Shown one piece after another: positions 9,333-21,006 of a DNA stretch of 64,000 nucleotides. The stretch comes from Gammaproteobacteria bacterium. GTDB taxonomy: Bacteria > Pseudomonadota > Gammaproteobacteria > Arenicellales > Poriferihabitantaceae. Every line of letters begins with the position of its first letter. Position 1 is the first letter of the stretch. The DNA lies in the NCBI GenBank assembly GCA_047639475.1, contig JBLIOD010000008.1, forward strand, positions 4,158-68,157. The letters run 5' to 3'. Under the pieces are notes generated by a model. It saw only the letters and a program-made list of their open reading frames with translations. It searched no databases and was not told where the DNA came from. A program made the position numbers and the translations under genes.

Positions 9333-10428
9333 ACATCAATTTAGGGTACTGCTTCTCGGTTGCCTGAGCTTGCGCGCGATTAAACAGCGTAGCACCGCCA
9401 GAGGTCACTCGTTCGATCAAGCTTTTACGGCGCCTAATACTTAAAGCTAGAATATCAGCCGTTTCGCGCTGCGCCATGATGTAATCATCGCTGGTAATCA
9501 ATTCATCTACCAATTTCAGATCTAAGGCGCGGCTCCCTAACCAGTGCTCGCCGGTAGCGACTTCGCTTAAGTTCAGTTGTGGTCTTCTGGTGATGACAAA
9601 ATCTTTGAACAAATCATGAACCTCTTCCAGCTCTTCCTGCATTTTTTCGCGGGCCTTGTCGGTGTTCTCCCCTATCAACGTTAAGGTGCGCTTGTACTCG
9701 CCTGCAGTAAGCTGCTCTATCTCAACGTCATTCTTCTTCAGTATTTTGTGAATGTTGGGAATTTGTGCGATGACGCCAATTGATCCTAAAATGGCAAACG
9801 GTGCGGCGACAATTTTGTCAGCGACGCAGGCCATTAAGTAGCCACCACTGGCAGCGACTTTATCGACACTAACAGTTAAGGGGATTTTATGGTCACGCAA
9901 TCGCTGTAATTGTGAAGCGGCCAATCCGTATGAGTGAACTTCCCCACCGCCACTTTCCACGCGAACTAACACTTCGTCTCGTTCAGTTGCCATCGTCAAT
10001 GTGGCGGTGATTTCTTGACGTAGTTCCTCAACCGCGGAGGCCTTTATGTCGCCGTCAAAATCAAGCACGTACAGGCGCTTTTTGTGCTCTTCATCTTTGG
10101 GGGGCTTTTCGTCCTTTGCCGGTTTGGCGTTAAGTTTGGCTTTGGCCTTTCTCTTTTCAGCCTTTGATTCGGCTTTATCTTCCTTCTTTTTTAGCTTGGC
10201 TTGGGCTTTAAGTTGCTCAGGGCTGAGTAAGGCATCCTCTAGCACCGCATGCAGTTCGGTGTAGGTATCATTCAAATTGGTGATATTAAGTTGCTCATCA
10301 CGACCGCCTGAAAGTCGGTTTCGCATGGTAATACCAGCAATGCCCATGACGGATACTAGAATGGCGATAACAATCGTGATGGCTTTTAACAGAAAGAGGC
10401 CGTAACTTGAAACAAATTCCATAATCAT
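9331..10428 (-). CDS. sohB: inner-membrane S49 peptidase SohB
   Basis: It is colinear with E. coli SohB (YGLFLLK..., lysine-rich linker, [37 protein letters not shown]). The start may instead be the ATG at 10422. The ATG at 10428 overlaps the glnS stop (ATGA). Confidence 0.9.
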   Translation of the reverse strand: MIMEFVSSYGLFLLKAITIVIAILVSVMGIAGITMRNRLSGGRDEQLNITNLNDTYTELHAVLEDALLSPEQLKAQAKLKKKEDKAESKAEKRKAKAKLNAKPAKDEKPPKDEEHKKRLYVLDFDGDIKASAVEELRQEITATLTMATERDEVLVRVESGGGEVHSYGLAASQLQRLRDHKIPLTVSVDKVAASGGYLMACVADKIVAAPFAILGSIGVIAQIPNIHKILKKNDVEIEQLTAGEYKRTLTLIGENTDKAREKMQEELEEVHDLFKDFVITRRPQLNLSEVATGEHWLGSRALDLKLVDELITSDDYIMAQRETADILALSIRRRKSLIERVTSGGATLFNRAQAQATEKQYPKLM

Positions 10429-12098
10429 GAATTAATTTTAGCCCACGTATCACGTAGGGTCACTGTGCGGTTAAACACAGGGTTAGTGGAAGAATGGTCT
10501 TGGCTATCTATAGTGAAATAGCCGAGGCGTTCAAACTGAAAACGCTCATCACTTTTAGCGTCTTTTAAACTGGGTTCTAGCTTACAATTTATCAAGGTGA
10601 CTAACGACGCTGGATTAATGTCATCAGTGAAGTTGCTGTCCTTGTCTGCCAGCGGGTTGGCTGTCTTAAACAACCGATCATACAAGCGCACTTCGGCATC
10701 TATTGCGCCGTCAGCGCTCACCCAATGTAAGGTTGCTTTTACTTTTCGCCCATCTGGAGAACTACCGCCTTTGGTTGCGGGGTCATACGTACAGAGCAAT
10801 TCTATGGGGGCGCCGTCGTCATCGCAAATAACCTCATTACACTTTAGGTAATAGGCATAGCGTAAACGAACCTCTCGTCCGGGCGCCAGTCTGAAAAATT
10901 GTTCTGACGGTGCCAACATAAAATCATCTTGTTCTATATACAGCGTTTTGCCAAACGGTATTTCGCGTGAACCCAAGCTTTCGTCTTTCGGGTGATTGCG
11001 CGCACTCAAGGTCTCCAGGTCATCGTTAGGATAGTTTGTGATCGTCACTTTCAGTGGCTTCAATACGCCCATTACGCGTTTTACGCTGGGGTCTAGCTCG
11101 TCTCGGATGCAACTCTCAAGAGAAGAGAATTCTACGATGTTGGTTTTTTTGGTGACACCCACGCGATGGGCAAACTCGCGAACAGAGGCCGCTGTATACC
11201 CACGCCGTTTTAAACCGGAAATGGTGGGCATTCTAGGGTCATCCCAGCCAGACACTTTTTGTAAGTCGACTAACTGAGTCAACAAGCGCTTGCTCATGAC
11301 GGTGTAATCTAAATTGAGCCTAGAAAATTCAATTTGCCGTGGATGAGTGTGGATAGAAATATTATCTAATACCCAATCATAAAGCGGGCGATGGTCTTCA
11401 AACTCTAAGGTGCAGAGCGAATGGGTGATCCCTTCCAGCGCATCAGAGATGCAGTGGGTGTAGTCATACATTGGATAGATGCACCAAGCGTCACCGCTGC
11501 GTTGATGTGGAATATGACGAATACGATAAATAACGGGATCGCGTAAATTAATGTTAGGCGATGCCATGTCGATTTTCGCCCGCAGCACATGGCTGCTATT
11601 TTCAAACTCACCTGCACGCATTTGTGTGAACAATGTTTGGTTCTCTTCTATGCTGCGTTGTCTAAATGGGCTATCAGTGCCGGGTTCGGTAAGACTGCCG
11701 CGATTGTTGCGCATGGATTCGGCGGCCTGGCTGTCTACGTAAGCCAAGCCTTTATCTATCAGTTCAACGGCAAAGTTATAAAGCTGTTCAAAATAATCTG
11801 AGGAATAATGAACTTTGTCTCCCCATTGGTAACCTAGCCATTCAACGTCTTGTTGAATCGATTTTACATACTCCTCGTCTTCCTTCTCAGGATTGGTATC
11901 ATCAAAACGCAGGTTGCATCGACCTTCAAAAGCTTCAGCGATACCAAAATTTAAACAGATAGATTTAGCGTGGCCGATATGCAGATAACCATTAGGCTCA
12001 GGGGGGAAGCGTGTGACGATGTTTTCGTGCGTGCCGACATTCAAGTCGTTCTGAATAATCTGCTGAATGAAATGGACGCGTGGCTTGGATTTACTCAT
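10425..12098 (-). CDS. glnS: glutamine--tRNA ligase
   Basis: 557 aa with the class I HIGH motif ([18 protein letters not shown]) and VMSKR (KMSKS-type) motif, and GlnRS-specific C-terminal beta-barrel domains. Confidence 0.93.
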   Translation of the reverse strand: MSKSKPRVHFIQQIIQNDLNVGTHENIVTRFPPEPNGYLHIGHAKSICLNFGIAEAFEGRCNLRFDDTNPEKEDEEYVKSIQQDVEWLGYQWGDKVHYSSDYFEQLYNFAVELIDKGLAYVDSQAAESMRNNRGSLTEPGTDSPFRQRSIEENQTLFTQMRAGEFENSSHVLRAKIDMASPNINLRDPVIYRIRHIPHQRSGDAWCIYPMYDYTHCISDALEGITHSLCTLEFEDHRPLYDWVLDNISIHTHPRQIEFSRLNLDYTVMSKRLLTQLVDLQKVSGWDDPRMPTISGLKRRGYTAASVREFAHRVGVTKKTNIVEFSSLESCIRDELDPSVKRVMGVLKPLKVTITNYPNDDLETLSARNHPKDESLGSREIPFGKTLYIEQDDFMLAPSEQFFRLAPGREVRLRYAYYLKCNEVICDDDGAPIELLCTYDPATKGGSSPDGRKVKATLHWVSADGAIDAEVRLYDRLFKTANPLADKDSNFTDDINPASLVTLINCKLEPSLKDAKSDERFQFERLGYFTIDSQDHSSTNPVFNRTVTLRDTWAKINS

Positions 12099-12231
12099 GT
12101 AAACAATATAAGGTTTGGCCTCACCACAACAAGTGGGGTGAGGTAAAAAACGTTTGGTGATGATTTGGGGAGATTATCCCCAACTGCGCCTAGTAAAGAT
12201 TATCCCTTGAGGCCAGCGATGACGCTAGCAA

Positions 12232-12636
12232 CTAACTCTTAAGAATATTTTTTTTTAAGGCTTGATCGCTAAGGCTTTGCACTTCAGCAGATTGGTTTTT
12301 GCCTCTCATGTTGATGTTGCCATTGATGGTCGCTCCCGGTGCGACTTCTAAAGAGGTGGCATTCACTGCGCCCGTGATGACTGAGGTGCTATAAATTGTG
12401 ACTTGCTCTGCGTGGATATCACCGTCAATCTTGCCGTGGCAGTTTAACGAGCGCACGTTCAATGTTCCGTTTATTTGACCAGACTCTTGCACGGTCAATT
12501 CTGCACCTTTAACTTGGCTTTCGAGCCTTCCTTCAACCACGAGATTCCCTACGAATTCCAGCTCACCTTTAATCGTGGTGTCCTTGGCAATAATGCTAGT
12601 TTCTGTCGACTTTGGATTACTTTTATTCATTTTCAT
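12232..12636 (-). CDS. bactofilin-family polymer-forming cytoskeletal protein
   Basis: 134 aa. The repetitive beta-helix pattern (I.G.L.F.G.L.V.G...V.G...) is typical of the bactofilin/CcmA DUF583 domain. Confidence 0.7.
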   Translation of the reverse strand: MKMNKSNPKSTETSIIAKDTTIKGELEFVGNLVVEGRLESQVKGAELTVQESGQINGTLNVRSLNCHGKIDGDIHAEQVTIYSTSVITGAVNATSLEVAPGATINGNINMRGKNQSAEVQSLSDQALKKNILKS

Positions 12637-12684
12637 CGTTGAGGTCTAATATCTTCGGGGGCAGCCATTATACCGAAGCTGTGT

Positions 12685-12711
12685 AAAAATGGTAGGCCTC
12701 TTTAGGAGGCC
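12685..12711 (-). terminator. probable acs terminator
   Basis: On the minus strand: GGCCUC-CUAAA-GAGGCC hairpin, then a U5 run after a 5-nt spacer, about 30 nt after the acs stop. Confidence 0.5.
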
Positions 12712-12739
12712 AACAGAGGGGCATGCGACATTTCGGATC

Positions 12740-14680
12740 TCAAACGTTTTTCCGGTTGCTGATTAGATCTTCTACCACGCTTGGATCAGCCAGTGTGGAT
12801 GTGTCACCTAGCGCATCGACTTCGTTCGCTGCAATCTTGCGTAAAATCCGTCGCATGATCTTGCCGGATCGTGTCTTAGGCAAGCCTGGGGCCCATTGGA
12901 TGATATTGACTTTCGCAATCGGGCCGATTTCCTTACGAACTAAGCCGACCAATTCAGCCATCATTTCATCGCTTGGGGTAACACCAGACATCGGCGTCAC
13001 ATAGGCATAAATGCCTTGGCCTGTCAGCTCATGTGGATAGCCTACTACTGCGGCTTCGGCGACGTCGTTATGTAATGCCAGCGCGGATTCTATTTCTGCT
13101 GTGCCTAAACGGTGGCCTGATATATTGAGCACATCGTCAACTCGACCGGTAATCCAATAGTAGCCATCTTCGTCACGTTTGGCGCCATCGCCGGTGAAAT
13201 AATAGCCTTTAAACATGGCGAAATAGGTTTCGTAAAAACGTTTATGGTCGCCATACACGCTGCGCATCTGGCTAGGCCAGGGGTGTTTAATGGCAAGATT
13301 ACCAGAGGCAGGGCTGCCTTCTATTTCATTGCCTTGATCGTCGAGCAGGCAAGGCTGGACGCCAAAGAAAGGCACGCAAGCAGAGCCAGGCTTGAGTTCG
13401 GTCGCACCCGGTAGCGGAGTCATCATATGGGCACCGGTTTCAGTCTGCCACCAAGTATCTACAATCGGGCAACGACTGTCGCCGACGACCTTGTGATACC
13501 ACTCCCAAGCTTCTGGGTTAATAGGCTCCCCCACGGTGCCCAGTAAGCGCAGCGACGAGCGTGAAGTTTTGTTTACTGGCTCATCACCTGCGGCCATTAA
13601 AGACCGAATAGCGGTAGGCGCTGTGTAAAAAGTTGCGACTTGGTGCTTGTCGCAGATTTGCCAAAAACGTGAGATGTCCGGATAAGTCGGAATGCCTTCA
13701 AACATCAACGTGGTGGCACCGTTGGCTAAAGGGCCGTATACGATGTAAGTGTGTCCGGTTACCCAACCTACGTCAGCAGTGCACCAATATACTTCACCGT
13801 CTTTATAGTCGAATACCAGCTTGTGCGTCATGGCCGCTTGTACCAAATAACCGCCGGTTGTGTGCAGTACACCCTTAGGTGTTCCGGTAGACCCTGAGGT
13901 GTAGAGTATGAATAATGGGTCTTCGGCATTCATTGGCTCAGGTGGACAATTTGCTGAAGCGGCAGCAACGGCTTCCTGGTACCAAACGTCTCTGCCTTCA
14001 GTCCATTCAACGGCTTCTCCGCCATGTTTCACGACGACACAAGTATGTACGTCCGGGCAGGCGCTGAGGGCAAGGTCAGCGTTGGCTTTTAGTGGGATAG
14101 TTTTGCCGCCACGGATAGACTGGTCTGCGGTGATTAATACTTCACAATCAGAATCTTTGATGCGGCTGGCCAGTGCTTCAGGTGAAAAGCCACCGAAGAC
14201 GATAGAATGTACTGCACCAATTCTCGTGCAGGCCAACATCGCGACAGCAGCCTGCGGCACCATCGGCATATAGATTGAAATGCGGTCGCCTTTTTTTACA
14301 CCGCGAGCCAATAACACGTTTGAGAAGCGGCACACTTCTTCATGAAGCTGTCGATAGGTTAATTTCCTGTCCACGCTCGGGTCGTCACCTTCCCAAATAA
14401 TGGCAGTTTGATCGCCGCGCGTTGCTAAGTGGCGATCTAAGCAGTTGTAAGAAACATTCAGTTCAGCCCCTTTAAACCATTCGATATGTAAATCATCTTC
14501 AGCAAAACTCCAATCCATCACCTTGTCCCAAGGTTTAGACCAGCTTACATATCGCTCTGCTTGCTCGGCCCAGAAAGTTTCAGGGTCATTAATTGACTGT
14601 GCGTACATCTGTTTGTAGGTGTCCGCATTAATATGAGCATCTTGGGCAAAACTGGCGGGAACGGGGTATTTATCAGACAT
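12740..14680 (-). CDS. acs: acetyl-CoA synthetase (AMP-forming)
   Basis: 646 aa. The N-terminus is [26 protein letters not shown]. The AMP-binding motif [11 protein letters not shown] and the C-terminal [13 protein letters not shown] are present. Confidence 0.95.
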   Translation of the reverse strand: MSDKYPVPASFAQDAHINADTYKQMYAQSINDPETFWAEQAERYVSWSKPWDKVMDWSFAEDDLHIEWFKGAELNVSYNCLDRHLATRGDQTAIIWEGDDPSVDRKLTYRQLHEEVCRFSNVLLARGVKKGDRISIYMPMVPQAAVAMLACTRIGAVHSIVFGGFSPEALASRIKDSDCEVLITADQSIRGGKTIPLKANADLALSACPDVHTCVVVKHGGEAVEWTEGRDVWYQEAVAAASANCPPEPMNAEDPLFILYTSGSTGTPKGVLHTTGGYLVQAAMTHKLVFDYKDGEVYWCTADVGWVTGHTYIVYGPLANGATTLMFEGIPTYPDISRFWQICDKHQVATFYTAPTAIRSLMAAGDEPVNKTSRSSLRLLGTVGEPINPEAWEWYHKVVGDSRCPIVDTWWQTETGAHMMTPLPGATELKPGSACVPFFGVQPCLLDDQGNEIEGSPASGNLAIKHPWPSQMRSVYGDHKRFYETYFAMFKGYYFTGDGAKRDEDGYYWITGRVDDVLNISGHRLGTAEIESALALHNDVAEAAVVGYPHELTGQGIYAYVTPMSGVTPSDEMMAELVGLVRKEIGPIAKVNIIQWAPGLPKTRSGKIMRRILRKIAANEVDALGDTSTLADPSVVEDLISNRKNV

Positions 14681-14945
14681 GGTTGTAGTCCTGTTATGTT
14701 AGTTTGGGCTTTATCTGTCGCTTATTAAATTTCGGAGTGCGGGTGAAGATAAGTAGCTATTATTAGCTTGGCTGGCCGCGATATTTCTCTTTCAGCTTAG
14801 CATTTTAGGCAAACTGTATTGTAATCTAAATGCGACGAAAGTCTAAAGCGAGCAATCTTAAACTCGATTATGATTGGTGGGGTAGTTATTACTTTTAGTG
14901 CGTAACATAAAAGTCCCCTAAAAAGCTCAGCTAACAGGTACAGCC

Positions 14946-15593
14946 ATGACCGGTAGTATTATTATCGCGGACGATCATCCTTTGTTTCGACAAGCATTAC
15001 GCGAAACCATTGCACCCTTGTTTCCAGATGCATCCATCTTGGATATTGAATCGTTAGAGGAGACTAAAATAATCCTCGAAACAACGGACATTGAGCTACT
15101 TTTGCTAGATTTAAAAATGCCGGATACCGAAGGGCTAACAGGGTTAATGATGATAAAGGGCACGTACCCTCAATTACCGGTTATCGTTATTTCAGCTACC
15201 GAAGACAATGCCACGGTAAGGGCTTGTATACAGGCCGGGGCATCGGCATACATTTTTAAGTCCGCCAGTTTGCAAGATATTCGCGATACCATTACTGCGG
15301 TGAATGCGGGTGAGGTCTATGTGCCTGAACGTGTTAATAACAGTATCAGCGACGCAGAACAAACAGAGCTGGATAACATCGCCAAAGTGTCGAGTCTAAC
15401 CCCAGCACAGTTAAGGGTGTTTTACTTCTTATGCGAAGGGCAAATGAATAAGCAAATTGCTTATGAAATGAGCATTACCGAAGCAACGGTAAAAGCACAT
15501 ATCACTTCAATATACAAAAAACTGGGTGTGCGGACTCGCACACAAGCTGTTTTATTGGCAAGCAGCCTTAGAGAGTTTAAATCCGAGGCTTAG
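14946..15593 (+). CDS. crbR: response regulator, receiver + LuxR/FixJ-type HTH (CrbR/ErdR-like)
   Basis: 215 aa. The receiver has DD...LLLLDLKMPD. The C-terminal HTH is LTPAQLRVFYFLCEGQMNKQIAYEMSITEATVKAHITSIYKKLGV. It is divergent from acs and in the same locus as a CrbS-type kinase. The symbol is assigned by architecture and context. Confidence 0.65.
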   Translation: MTGSIIIADDHPLFRQALRETIAPLFPDASILDIESLEETKIILETTDIELLLLDLKMPDTEGLTGLMMIKGTYPQLPVIVISATEDNATVRACIQAGASAYIFKSASLQDIRDTITAVNAGEVYVPERVNNSISDAEQTELDNIAKVSSLTPAQLRVFYFLCEGQMNKQIAYEMSITEATVKAHITSIYKKLGVRTRTQAVLLASSLREFKSEA

Positions 15594-16363
15594 ATTGCGA
15601 GATATTCGTGGCGTAACGCTTCGTTCTCAAGCACTTCTTTTGCACTGCCGTCGTAAACCACCACGCCGGTATCTAGAATGACCGCACGGTCAGCCAGTTT
15701 CAACGCGGCAACCGCATTTTGCTCGACGATAATTGAAGTGTATCCTTGTGATTTCAGCTCAATCAGGATGGACTCTATCTCCTTCACAATAGTTGGTGCT
15801 AAGCCTTCGTAGGGCTCGTCTAGTAGCAATATCTTAATATCACGCATCAGCGCGCGGGCGACCGCCAGCATTTGTTGCTCGCCGCCAGAGAGTGTAATGC
15901 CAACTTGCGTGCGTCGTTCAGCTAACCTGGGGAAGTGATCGTATACGCGCTCTAACGTCCAACCTCGGGGTTCTTCTATCTGCGCAAGTATGAGGTTTTC
16001 TTCTACGGTTAAACCCGGAATGATTGCACGGTCTTCCGGTACCAATTGGATGCCTGCTCGCGCTGCTTCAAAGTCTTGCATGGTGTGCACTGGTTCACCC
16101 TGAAGGTAGATTTCTCCTTCACGCAGTTCTGGGTTGCCGGCTCTAGCGATCGCTCGCATGGTAGAGGTTTTGCCGGCGCCATTTCGCCCTAGTAACGCGA
16201 GTATTTCTCTTTCGTTAATATCAAAAGAAACGCCTTGTACGATATACGATTCCCCGTAATACGCGTGCATGTCACGTACCGAAAAGTACGGCATGTTGTC
16301 TCTAGTTTTTTCTTGGCTGCTTTCGCTGCTGTCTTTTGGTTGGCTCTCTTGGGTATCACTCAT
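15590..16363 (-). CDS. ABC transporter ATP-binding protein, LivF-like
   Basis: Walker A GRNGAGKTS, signature LSGGEQQML and Walker B ILLLDEP. It is the last gene of the five-gene importer. Its stop overlaps the convergent crbR stop. Confidence 0.85.
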   Translation of the reverse strand: MSDTQESQPKDSSESSQEKTRDNMPYFSVRDMHAYYGESYIVQGVSFDINEREILALLGRNGAGKTSTMRAIARAGNPELREGEIYLQGEPVHTMQDFEAARAGIQLVPEDRAIIPGLTVEENLILAQIEEPRGWTLERVYDHFPRLAERRTQVGITLSGGEQQMLAVARALMRDIKILLLDEPYEGLAPTIVKEIESILIELKSQGYTSIIVEQNAVAALKLADRAVILDTGVVVYDGSAKEVLENEALRHEYLAI

Positions 16364-17138
16364 CTTCTGCAGCCTCTCCTAAGTAGGCTTCTTTAACTTT
16401 GGGGTTATTTTTAACTTCTTCCGGGGTGCCTTCAGCAATAATGCGCCCCTGAGCCAATACCGAAATATAGTCAGCTAGCGAAAATACCACGTGCATATCA
16501 TGCTCGATAATGACTTTGGTCATGCCGCGAGATTTGATTTTTTGCAGCAAGTCGATAGTCTTATTGGTGTCGTGACGGGCCATGCCTGCAGTGGGTTCGT
16601 CCAACAATAGTAGGCGCGGATTTTGTACTAAACACATGGCCAGCTCTAATCGTCGTTTGTCGCCTCTAGAAAGTGACGCCGCTGGGGTGTCCATTCTGGC
16701 TTCAAGTCCAACGTCTTCTAAAATATGCTCCGCTTCTTCGCGGACTTCAGTTTGCTTGCGTAAACTTGAAAACGGCGCAAACTTAAATGCCCCATCACGC
16801 TTTGACAGAATCGGCATCATCACATTCTCGATGAGTTGCAAATCTGGAAAGATTTCGGGGGTTTGGAAAACGCGGGCGATGCCGAGTTGGTTGATTTCAT
16901 GTGGGCTTTTGCCCGTGATGATTTCACCATCAAAGATCACCTCGCCGCGGTCTGGCTTAATTCGACCAACGCATACATTCAGCAAGGTAGACTTACCTGC
17001 GCCATTAGGGCCTATGATGGCATGTGTTTTGCCTTGTTTGATTGATAACTCAACATCACCTAGGGCCTGTAAACCGCCGAATCGTTTATCAACGTTGTTG
17101 ACGTGCAATACTATGTTTTCGGCTACATTGTCAGTCAT
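16356..17138 (-). CDS. ABC transporter ATP-binding protein, LivG-like
   Basis: Walker A GPNGAGKST, signature LSRGDKRRLE and Walker B LLLLDEPTAG. It overlaps the downstream ATPase gene by 8 nt. Confidence 0.85.
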   Translation of the reverse strand: MTDNVAENIVLHVNNVDKRFGGLQALGDVELSIKQGKTHAIIGPNGAGKSTLLNVCVGRIKPDRGEVIFDGEIITGKSPHEINQLGIARVFQTPEIFPDLQLIENVMMPILSKRDGAFKFAPFSSLRKQTEVREEAEHILEDVGLEARMDTPAASLSRGDKRRLELAMCLVQNPRLLLLDEPTAGMARHDTNKTIDLLQKIKSRGMTKVIIEHDMHVVFSLADYISVLAQGRIIAEGTPEEVKNNPKVKEAYLGEAAEDE

Positions 17139-17139
17139 C

Positions 17140-18270
17140 TTATTGTCCTCTCGTTGAATCGTCTTTACGGCGAAACTTGGCCGCTATCAGCTTAAAACCG
17201 GATATTAATCCGCCCGGCAAGAAGATAACAATCAACATGAATACTAAGCCTAAGGTTAAATGCCATCCCTCACCAACGAACGGGCCCACAATATGAGCCA
17301 TTGTGGTTTGTAAGCCTTCGGGTAAGCCGCTAAACATTTCGAGCAACTTGTTTTCACCGATCGCTGAGAATATGTTCTCAAAATACTTGATCACTCCTGC
17401 ACCGATTACTGGACCGATTAAAGTGCCGAGCCCGCCTAAAATAGTCATCAAGACGACTTCACCTGACGCAGTCCACTGCATTCTTTCAGCGCCAGCTAAA
17501 GGGTCGGTTACCGAAAGTAATGCGCCGGCTAAACCGGCATACATGCCAGAAATGATAAAAGCAGCAAGCAGATAGGGGCGAGTGTTAAAGCCCGTATATT
17601 TCATACGACTTTGATTAGATTTGATGCCACGCAATGACATGCCAAATGGTGATCTAAATATCATCATAGATATCCAAAAGCCTAGTATCAAAATCACAGC
17701 ACAAAAATAGAAACCAGGATACCCACTGAGCTTCATGCCGAATAGATTTGTGGAAGGAATACCTTCGGACACCAAACCAAACATGCCATCGATATGCCTA
17801 GGATCCGCTAACCTCAACTGTAGGCCTGTTTCACCATTGGTAATGGGGGTAAGCACCGAATATGCGAGGTTATAGGACATCTGCGCGAACGCCAGCGTCA
17901 GTATTGAGAAATAAATCCCTGAACGACGTAAACTGACATAACCAATTAAATATGCAGCCAAGCCTGACCAAAATACCGCGAAGAAAATTGCGGGAATGAT
18001 GTTCATGGTTAACAATTTAAACGACCATACTGCGGCATATGAGCCAATGCCAAGAAATACGGCATGGCCAAATGATAAATAGCCAGTTAAGCCAAATAAA
18101 ATATTGAAGCCTATGGCGAAGAGGCCGTAGATTGCAAATTTCTGTAGTAGATCTGGGTAGTTGGCCCCGATAGGCGCTAACCAAATGGGCATAGTTAGTA
18201 CCGCTGTTGCAAATAGAAGCAGGGTAATGAGGTCTTTCTTGGCGCTATTGCCGGCTAATTTCGTAGTCAT
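17140..18270 (-). CDS. ABC transporter permease, LivM-like
   Basis: 376 aa and polytopic. It has branched-chain/HAAT-family permease sequence character and a 1-nt gap to neighbours on both sides. Confidence 0.8.
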   Translation of the reverse strand: MTTKLAGNSAKKDLITLLLFATAVLTMPIWLAPIGANYPDLLQKFAIYGLFAIGFNILFGLTGYLSFGHAVFLGIGSYAAVWSFKLLTMNIIPAIFFAVFWSGLAAYLIGYVSLRRSGIYFSILTLAFAQMSYNLAYSVLTPITNGETGLQLRLADPRHIDGMFGLVSEGIPSTNLFGMKLSGYPGFYFCAVILILGFWISMMIFRSPFGMSLRGIKSNQSRMKYTGFNTRPYLLAAFIISGMYAGLAGALLSVTDPLAGAERMQWTASGEVVLMTILGGLGTLIGPVIGAGVIKYFENIFSAIGENKLLEMFSGLPEGLQTTMAHIVGPFVGEGWHLTLGLVFMLIVIFLPGGLISGFKLIAAKFRRKDDSTRGQ

Positions 18271-18271
18271 C

Positions 18272-19288
18272 TTATTCCTCCATCACGCCTTCACGGCCAA
18301 GCAGGCCGCGTGGTCTTAGTAAAATAACCAATACAGCCACCAAGTAAATGATGATTTGATCGATGCCGGGGAAGATGTTTTTAACTTCGTTCATAGACGC
18401 AAAAGATTGCAATATACCTAATAAGAATCCGGCTGCGACAGCACCGCCAAGTGAGCCCATACCGCCGACAACCACTACCACGAAAGACAGCACCAAGAAG
18501 TCCATGCCCATATGATAATCGGGTGGCAAAATCGGTGTATACATTGCGCCAGCCAAGCCGGCAACCACGGCGCCTAAGCCAAATACGATGGTAAATTTTC
18601 GTTGGATGTCGATACCTAACAAGCCAACCATCTCGCGATTGTGCATGCCTGCCCGAACCACCATGCCAAAGGTGGTGAGTTGTAGGAAGGCAAATACCGA
18701 GCCGATAATTAAAGTCGCAAAGGCAAAATAAATTAAGCGCCACCACGGGTAAACAATGTTGTCGCTCATCCCGAGCATGGCGCCGATATGGGCGCTGCCT
18801 GCAACGATGTCCGGTGCCGGCACCGGAATAGGGTTGGCGCCGAAGTTGGCTTTGATGATTTCTTGAATGACGATGGCAAGGCCAAAGGTTACTAGAATTT
18901 GTTCTGCGTGAGTGCGCTTGTAAAAATGCCGTATCAAGCCGCGCTCGAAGGCCAGGCCTACCATTAGCATAACGGGAATGGTGACCAGTATGGAAATGGG
19001 TACGGCATAGTCAATGAGCATGGTGCCGTTATCCCCCCACCATATCTCTAAATAAGGGATTTCTTTGTATGCGTCAAAGTAGGTAATGCTTTCGTCTTTG
19101 ACTTGCTTGGAAATGGTCAGCAAGGCTTGCACGCTAACCGCGCAGAATGCACCCAGCATAAATAAAGCACCGTGAGCAAAATTCACCACGCCTAGCGTTC
19201 CAAAAACCAGGGTTAAGCCAAGCGCGATTAGTGCGTAAGCGCCGCCTTTATCTAGGCCATTTAAGAATTGTAAAAATAATGCGTCCAC
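18272..19288 (-). CDS. ABC transporter permease, LivH-like
   Basis: 338 aa and polytopic. The N-terminus [28 protein letters not shown] is typical of LivH-type permeases. Confidence 0.8.
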   Translation of the reverse strand: MDALFLQFLNGLDKGGAYALIALGLTLVFGTLGVVNFAHGALFMLGAFCAVSVQALLTISKQVKDESITYFDAYKEIPYLEIWWGDNGTMLIDYAVPISILVTIPVMLMVGLAFERGLIRHFYKRTHAEQILVTFGLAIVIQEIIKANFGANPIPVPAPDIVAGSAHIGAMLGMSDNIVYPWWRLIYFAFATLIIGSVFAFLQLTTFGMVVRAGMHNREMVGLLGIDIQRKFTIVFGLGAVVAGLAGAMYTPILPPDYHMGMDFLVLSFVVVVVGGMGSLGGAVAAGFLLGILQSFASMNEVKNIFPGIDQIIIYLVAVLVILLRPRGLLGREGVMEE

Positions 19289-19367
19289 ATCTCTGTCCGA
19301 TGTTGAGTGTTTGCTATTTCAGTACGCTCAGGAGAACAACTTTACTGAACTTACCGTATATAAGGGT

Positions 19368-19400
19368 AAAAAATTGCTGGGCACCTGAGAGGTGCCCAGC
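19368..19400 (-). terminator. strong intra-operon rho-independent terminator/attenuator after the binding-protein gene
   Basis: On the minus strand: perfect 10-bp stem GCUGGGCACC/GGUGCCCAGC with a 5-nt loop, then AAUUUUUU. It starts 29 nt after the SBP stop and lies upstream of the permease genes. Confidence 0.85.
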
Positions 19401-19428
19401 AGGGTACAACTTAACCTAAACTAATGAA

Positions 19429-20793
19429 TTAAGCACCATTATTTGCTGGGCCTAAGTCGCCGCCAGCAAACATTTCGTGATCAACCGCATACTCCACTTG
19501 CGCACGAGGTGTTACTTCAACAACCTCTAACAAGTCGAACTGTGAAGAGGGGTTTTCATTGCCCTTCACAACCAATACATCTTTGAAGCACTGGTGATCT
19601 TCAGCACGGTACTCAGTAGGACCGTTACCTGTTCCGTCAAACTTATGGCCTTCAAGTGCTTCAATAACTGCTGAAGGCATGAAAGTACCAGCACGTTCGC
19701 AAGCATCTGCATAAAGTAAGGCTTGAACGTAGCAAGTGTGCGCTGCCTGTGAAGGCGGCTTTCCATATTCAGCACCAAAAGACTTAACGAAAGCCTTAGA
19801 GCCTTCATCTTGAAGTGACCAATGCCAGTTAGTTGAACCGAAAATGCCTTTTACGTTCTCGCCCGCGCCTTGTGCCATCAAACGAGAGTAAAGTGGCACG
19901 ATGATAGTGAAATCATTGCCGTTCACTTGCTTGTCACGTAGGCCAAACTGGATAGCTTGCGTTAACGAGTTGATCATGTCTTTACCGTAGTGGTTCAAGA
20001 TCAATGTATCAGCGCCTGAGTTTAAAACAGGTGTAATGAACTGACTGAAATCGCCAGCGCCAACGGGTGTTTTGACTGTCTCAGCTGTTTTCCAACCGAT
20101 GTTTTCAGTAGAAGCCTTCATGGAAGCTTCTTGCGTCCAGCCCCAAGTGTAATCAGCCGTTAAGTGATAAGCAGTACGCTCTGTACCGTACTCATTTTTC
20201 AATACTGGACCTAGCGCTGCGCCTGACATGTAAGCATTGAAGAAATGACGGAAGCCGTTGCGACGCTTGTCTTTACCGGTTGTATCATTTGAGTGAGTTA
20301 AGCCAGCCATAAAGATAACGCCTGCTTCTTGACAAAGCGATTGCACTGCAATCGCAACACCTGAAGATGAGCCGCCGGTAATCATAGTGGCACCGTCTTT
20401 TTCGATCATACGCTTGGCCGAAGCACGTGCAGCATCTGATTTAGTTTGCGTGTCACCCGTTACGTAAGTGACTTTCTTGCCCAGTACGCCTTTGCCTTCA
20501 AGTGCGCAAGGCGCCATTGTGTGAAGCATACCGCCGTCGCCTTCACCGTTGATATGCTGAACAGCCAATTTGTATGCCAGTAGCTCGTCGCCACCTTCGT
20601 CAGCATAAGCGCCGGATTGTGGTACGTTAAAACCGAAAGTTACATTGGCGTTTGAGCCTGGATCATTTAAGTATCCATCTGCATAAGCATTTTTCATGTA
20701 AAACATCGGCATTGCAGCAGCAACAGAAGTAGCTGCGCCTGCTTTAAGAACGCTACGACGCGACAATGTGCTAGTAATAATTTTCTTTGACAT
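19429..20793 (-). CDS. periplasmic substrate-binding protein, LivJ/PBP type I fold, twin-arginine signal; ligand unknown
   Basis: 454 aa. The Tat motif is STLSRRSVLKAGAATSVAAAMP, with an AYA cleavage-like site. The remainder resembles cluster-B (Leu/Ile/Val-type) binding proteins but is about 80 aa longer than LivJ. Confidence 0.8.
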   Translation of the reverse strand: MSKKIITSTLSRRSVLKAGAATSVAAAMPMFYMKNAYADGYLNDPGSNANVTFGFNVPQSGAYADEGGDELLAYKLAVQHINGEGDGGMLHTMAPCALEGKGVLGKKVTYVTGDTQTKSDAARASAKRMIEKDGATMITGGSSSGVAIAVQSLCQEAGVIFMAGLTHSNDTTGKDKRRNGFRHFFNAYMSGAALGPVLKNEYGTERTAYHLTADYTWGWTQEASMKASTENIGWKTAETVKTPVGAGDFSQFITPVLNSGADTLILNHYGKDMINSLTQAIQFGLRDKQVNGNDFTIIVPLYSRLMAQGAGENVKGIFGSTNWHWSLQDEGSKAFVKSFGAEYGKPPSQAAHTCYVQALLYADACERAGTFMPSAVIEALEGHKFDGTGNGPTEYRAEDHQCFKDVLVVKGNENPSSQFDLLEVVEVTPRAQVEYAVDHEMFAGGDLGPANNGA

Positions 20794-21006
20794 GTGATCT
20801 CCTACCTAATAATTGATATGTGTTTAATATGACCTTTTGAACCGTTTACCGAACAAGTGGGTCGTTTAGCTACGGCACTACAGACCGTAACGTGCATGGC
20901 ATTCACACAATAATACCTTGACGTCAAAAATTGTAAACCTGTCAGGGGTTATCTTCAATAAGACCACCATCGTATTGACATTCACCAAGATGTGTGCCTA
21001 AACCAA

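Noticed and set aside
12120-12144. Hairpin CCTCACC-(11 nt)-GGTGAGG between the bactofilin gene and glnS, considered as a bactofilin terminator.
   Set aside because: On the transcribed (minus) strand the U-run precedes rather than follows the stem, so it is not an intrinsic terminator. It may simply be a glnS 5'-UTR structure. There is not enough evidence to call it.
16582-17157. A 191-aa plus-strand ORF antisense to the LivG-like ATPase gene. Similar shadow ORFs occur at 950-1467, 13908-14273, 18381-18746, 21605-21952, 25089-25499, 26918-27289, 38864-39271, 40494-40829, 51023-51349, 53832-54161 and 62852-63199.
   Set aside because: Each lies entirely inside a well-supported gene on the opposite strand or in another frame. 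They have Ser/Pro/Arg-rich low-complexity composition typical of antisense translation, and no motifs.
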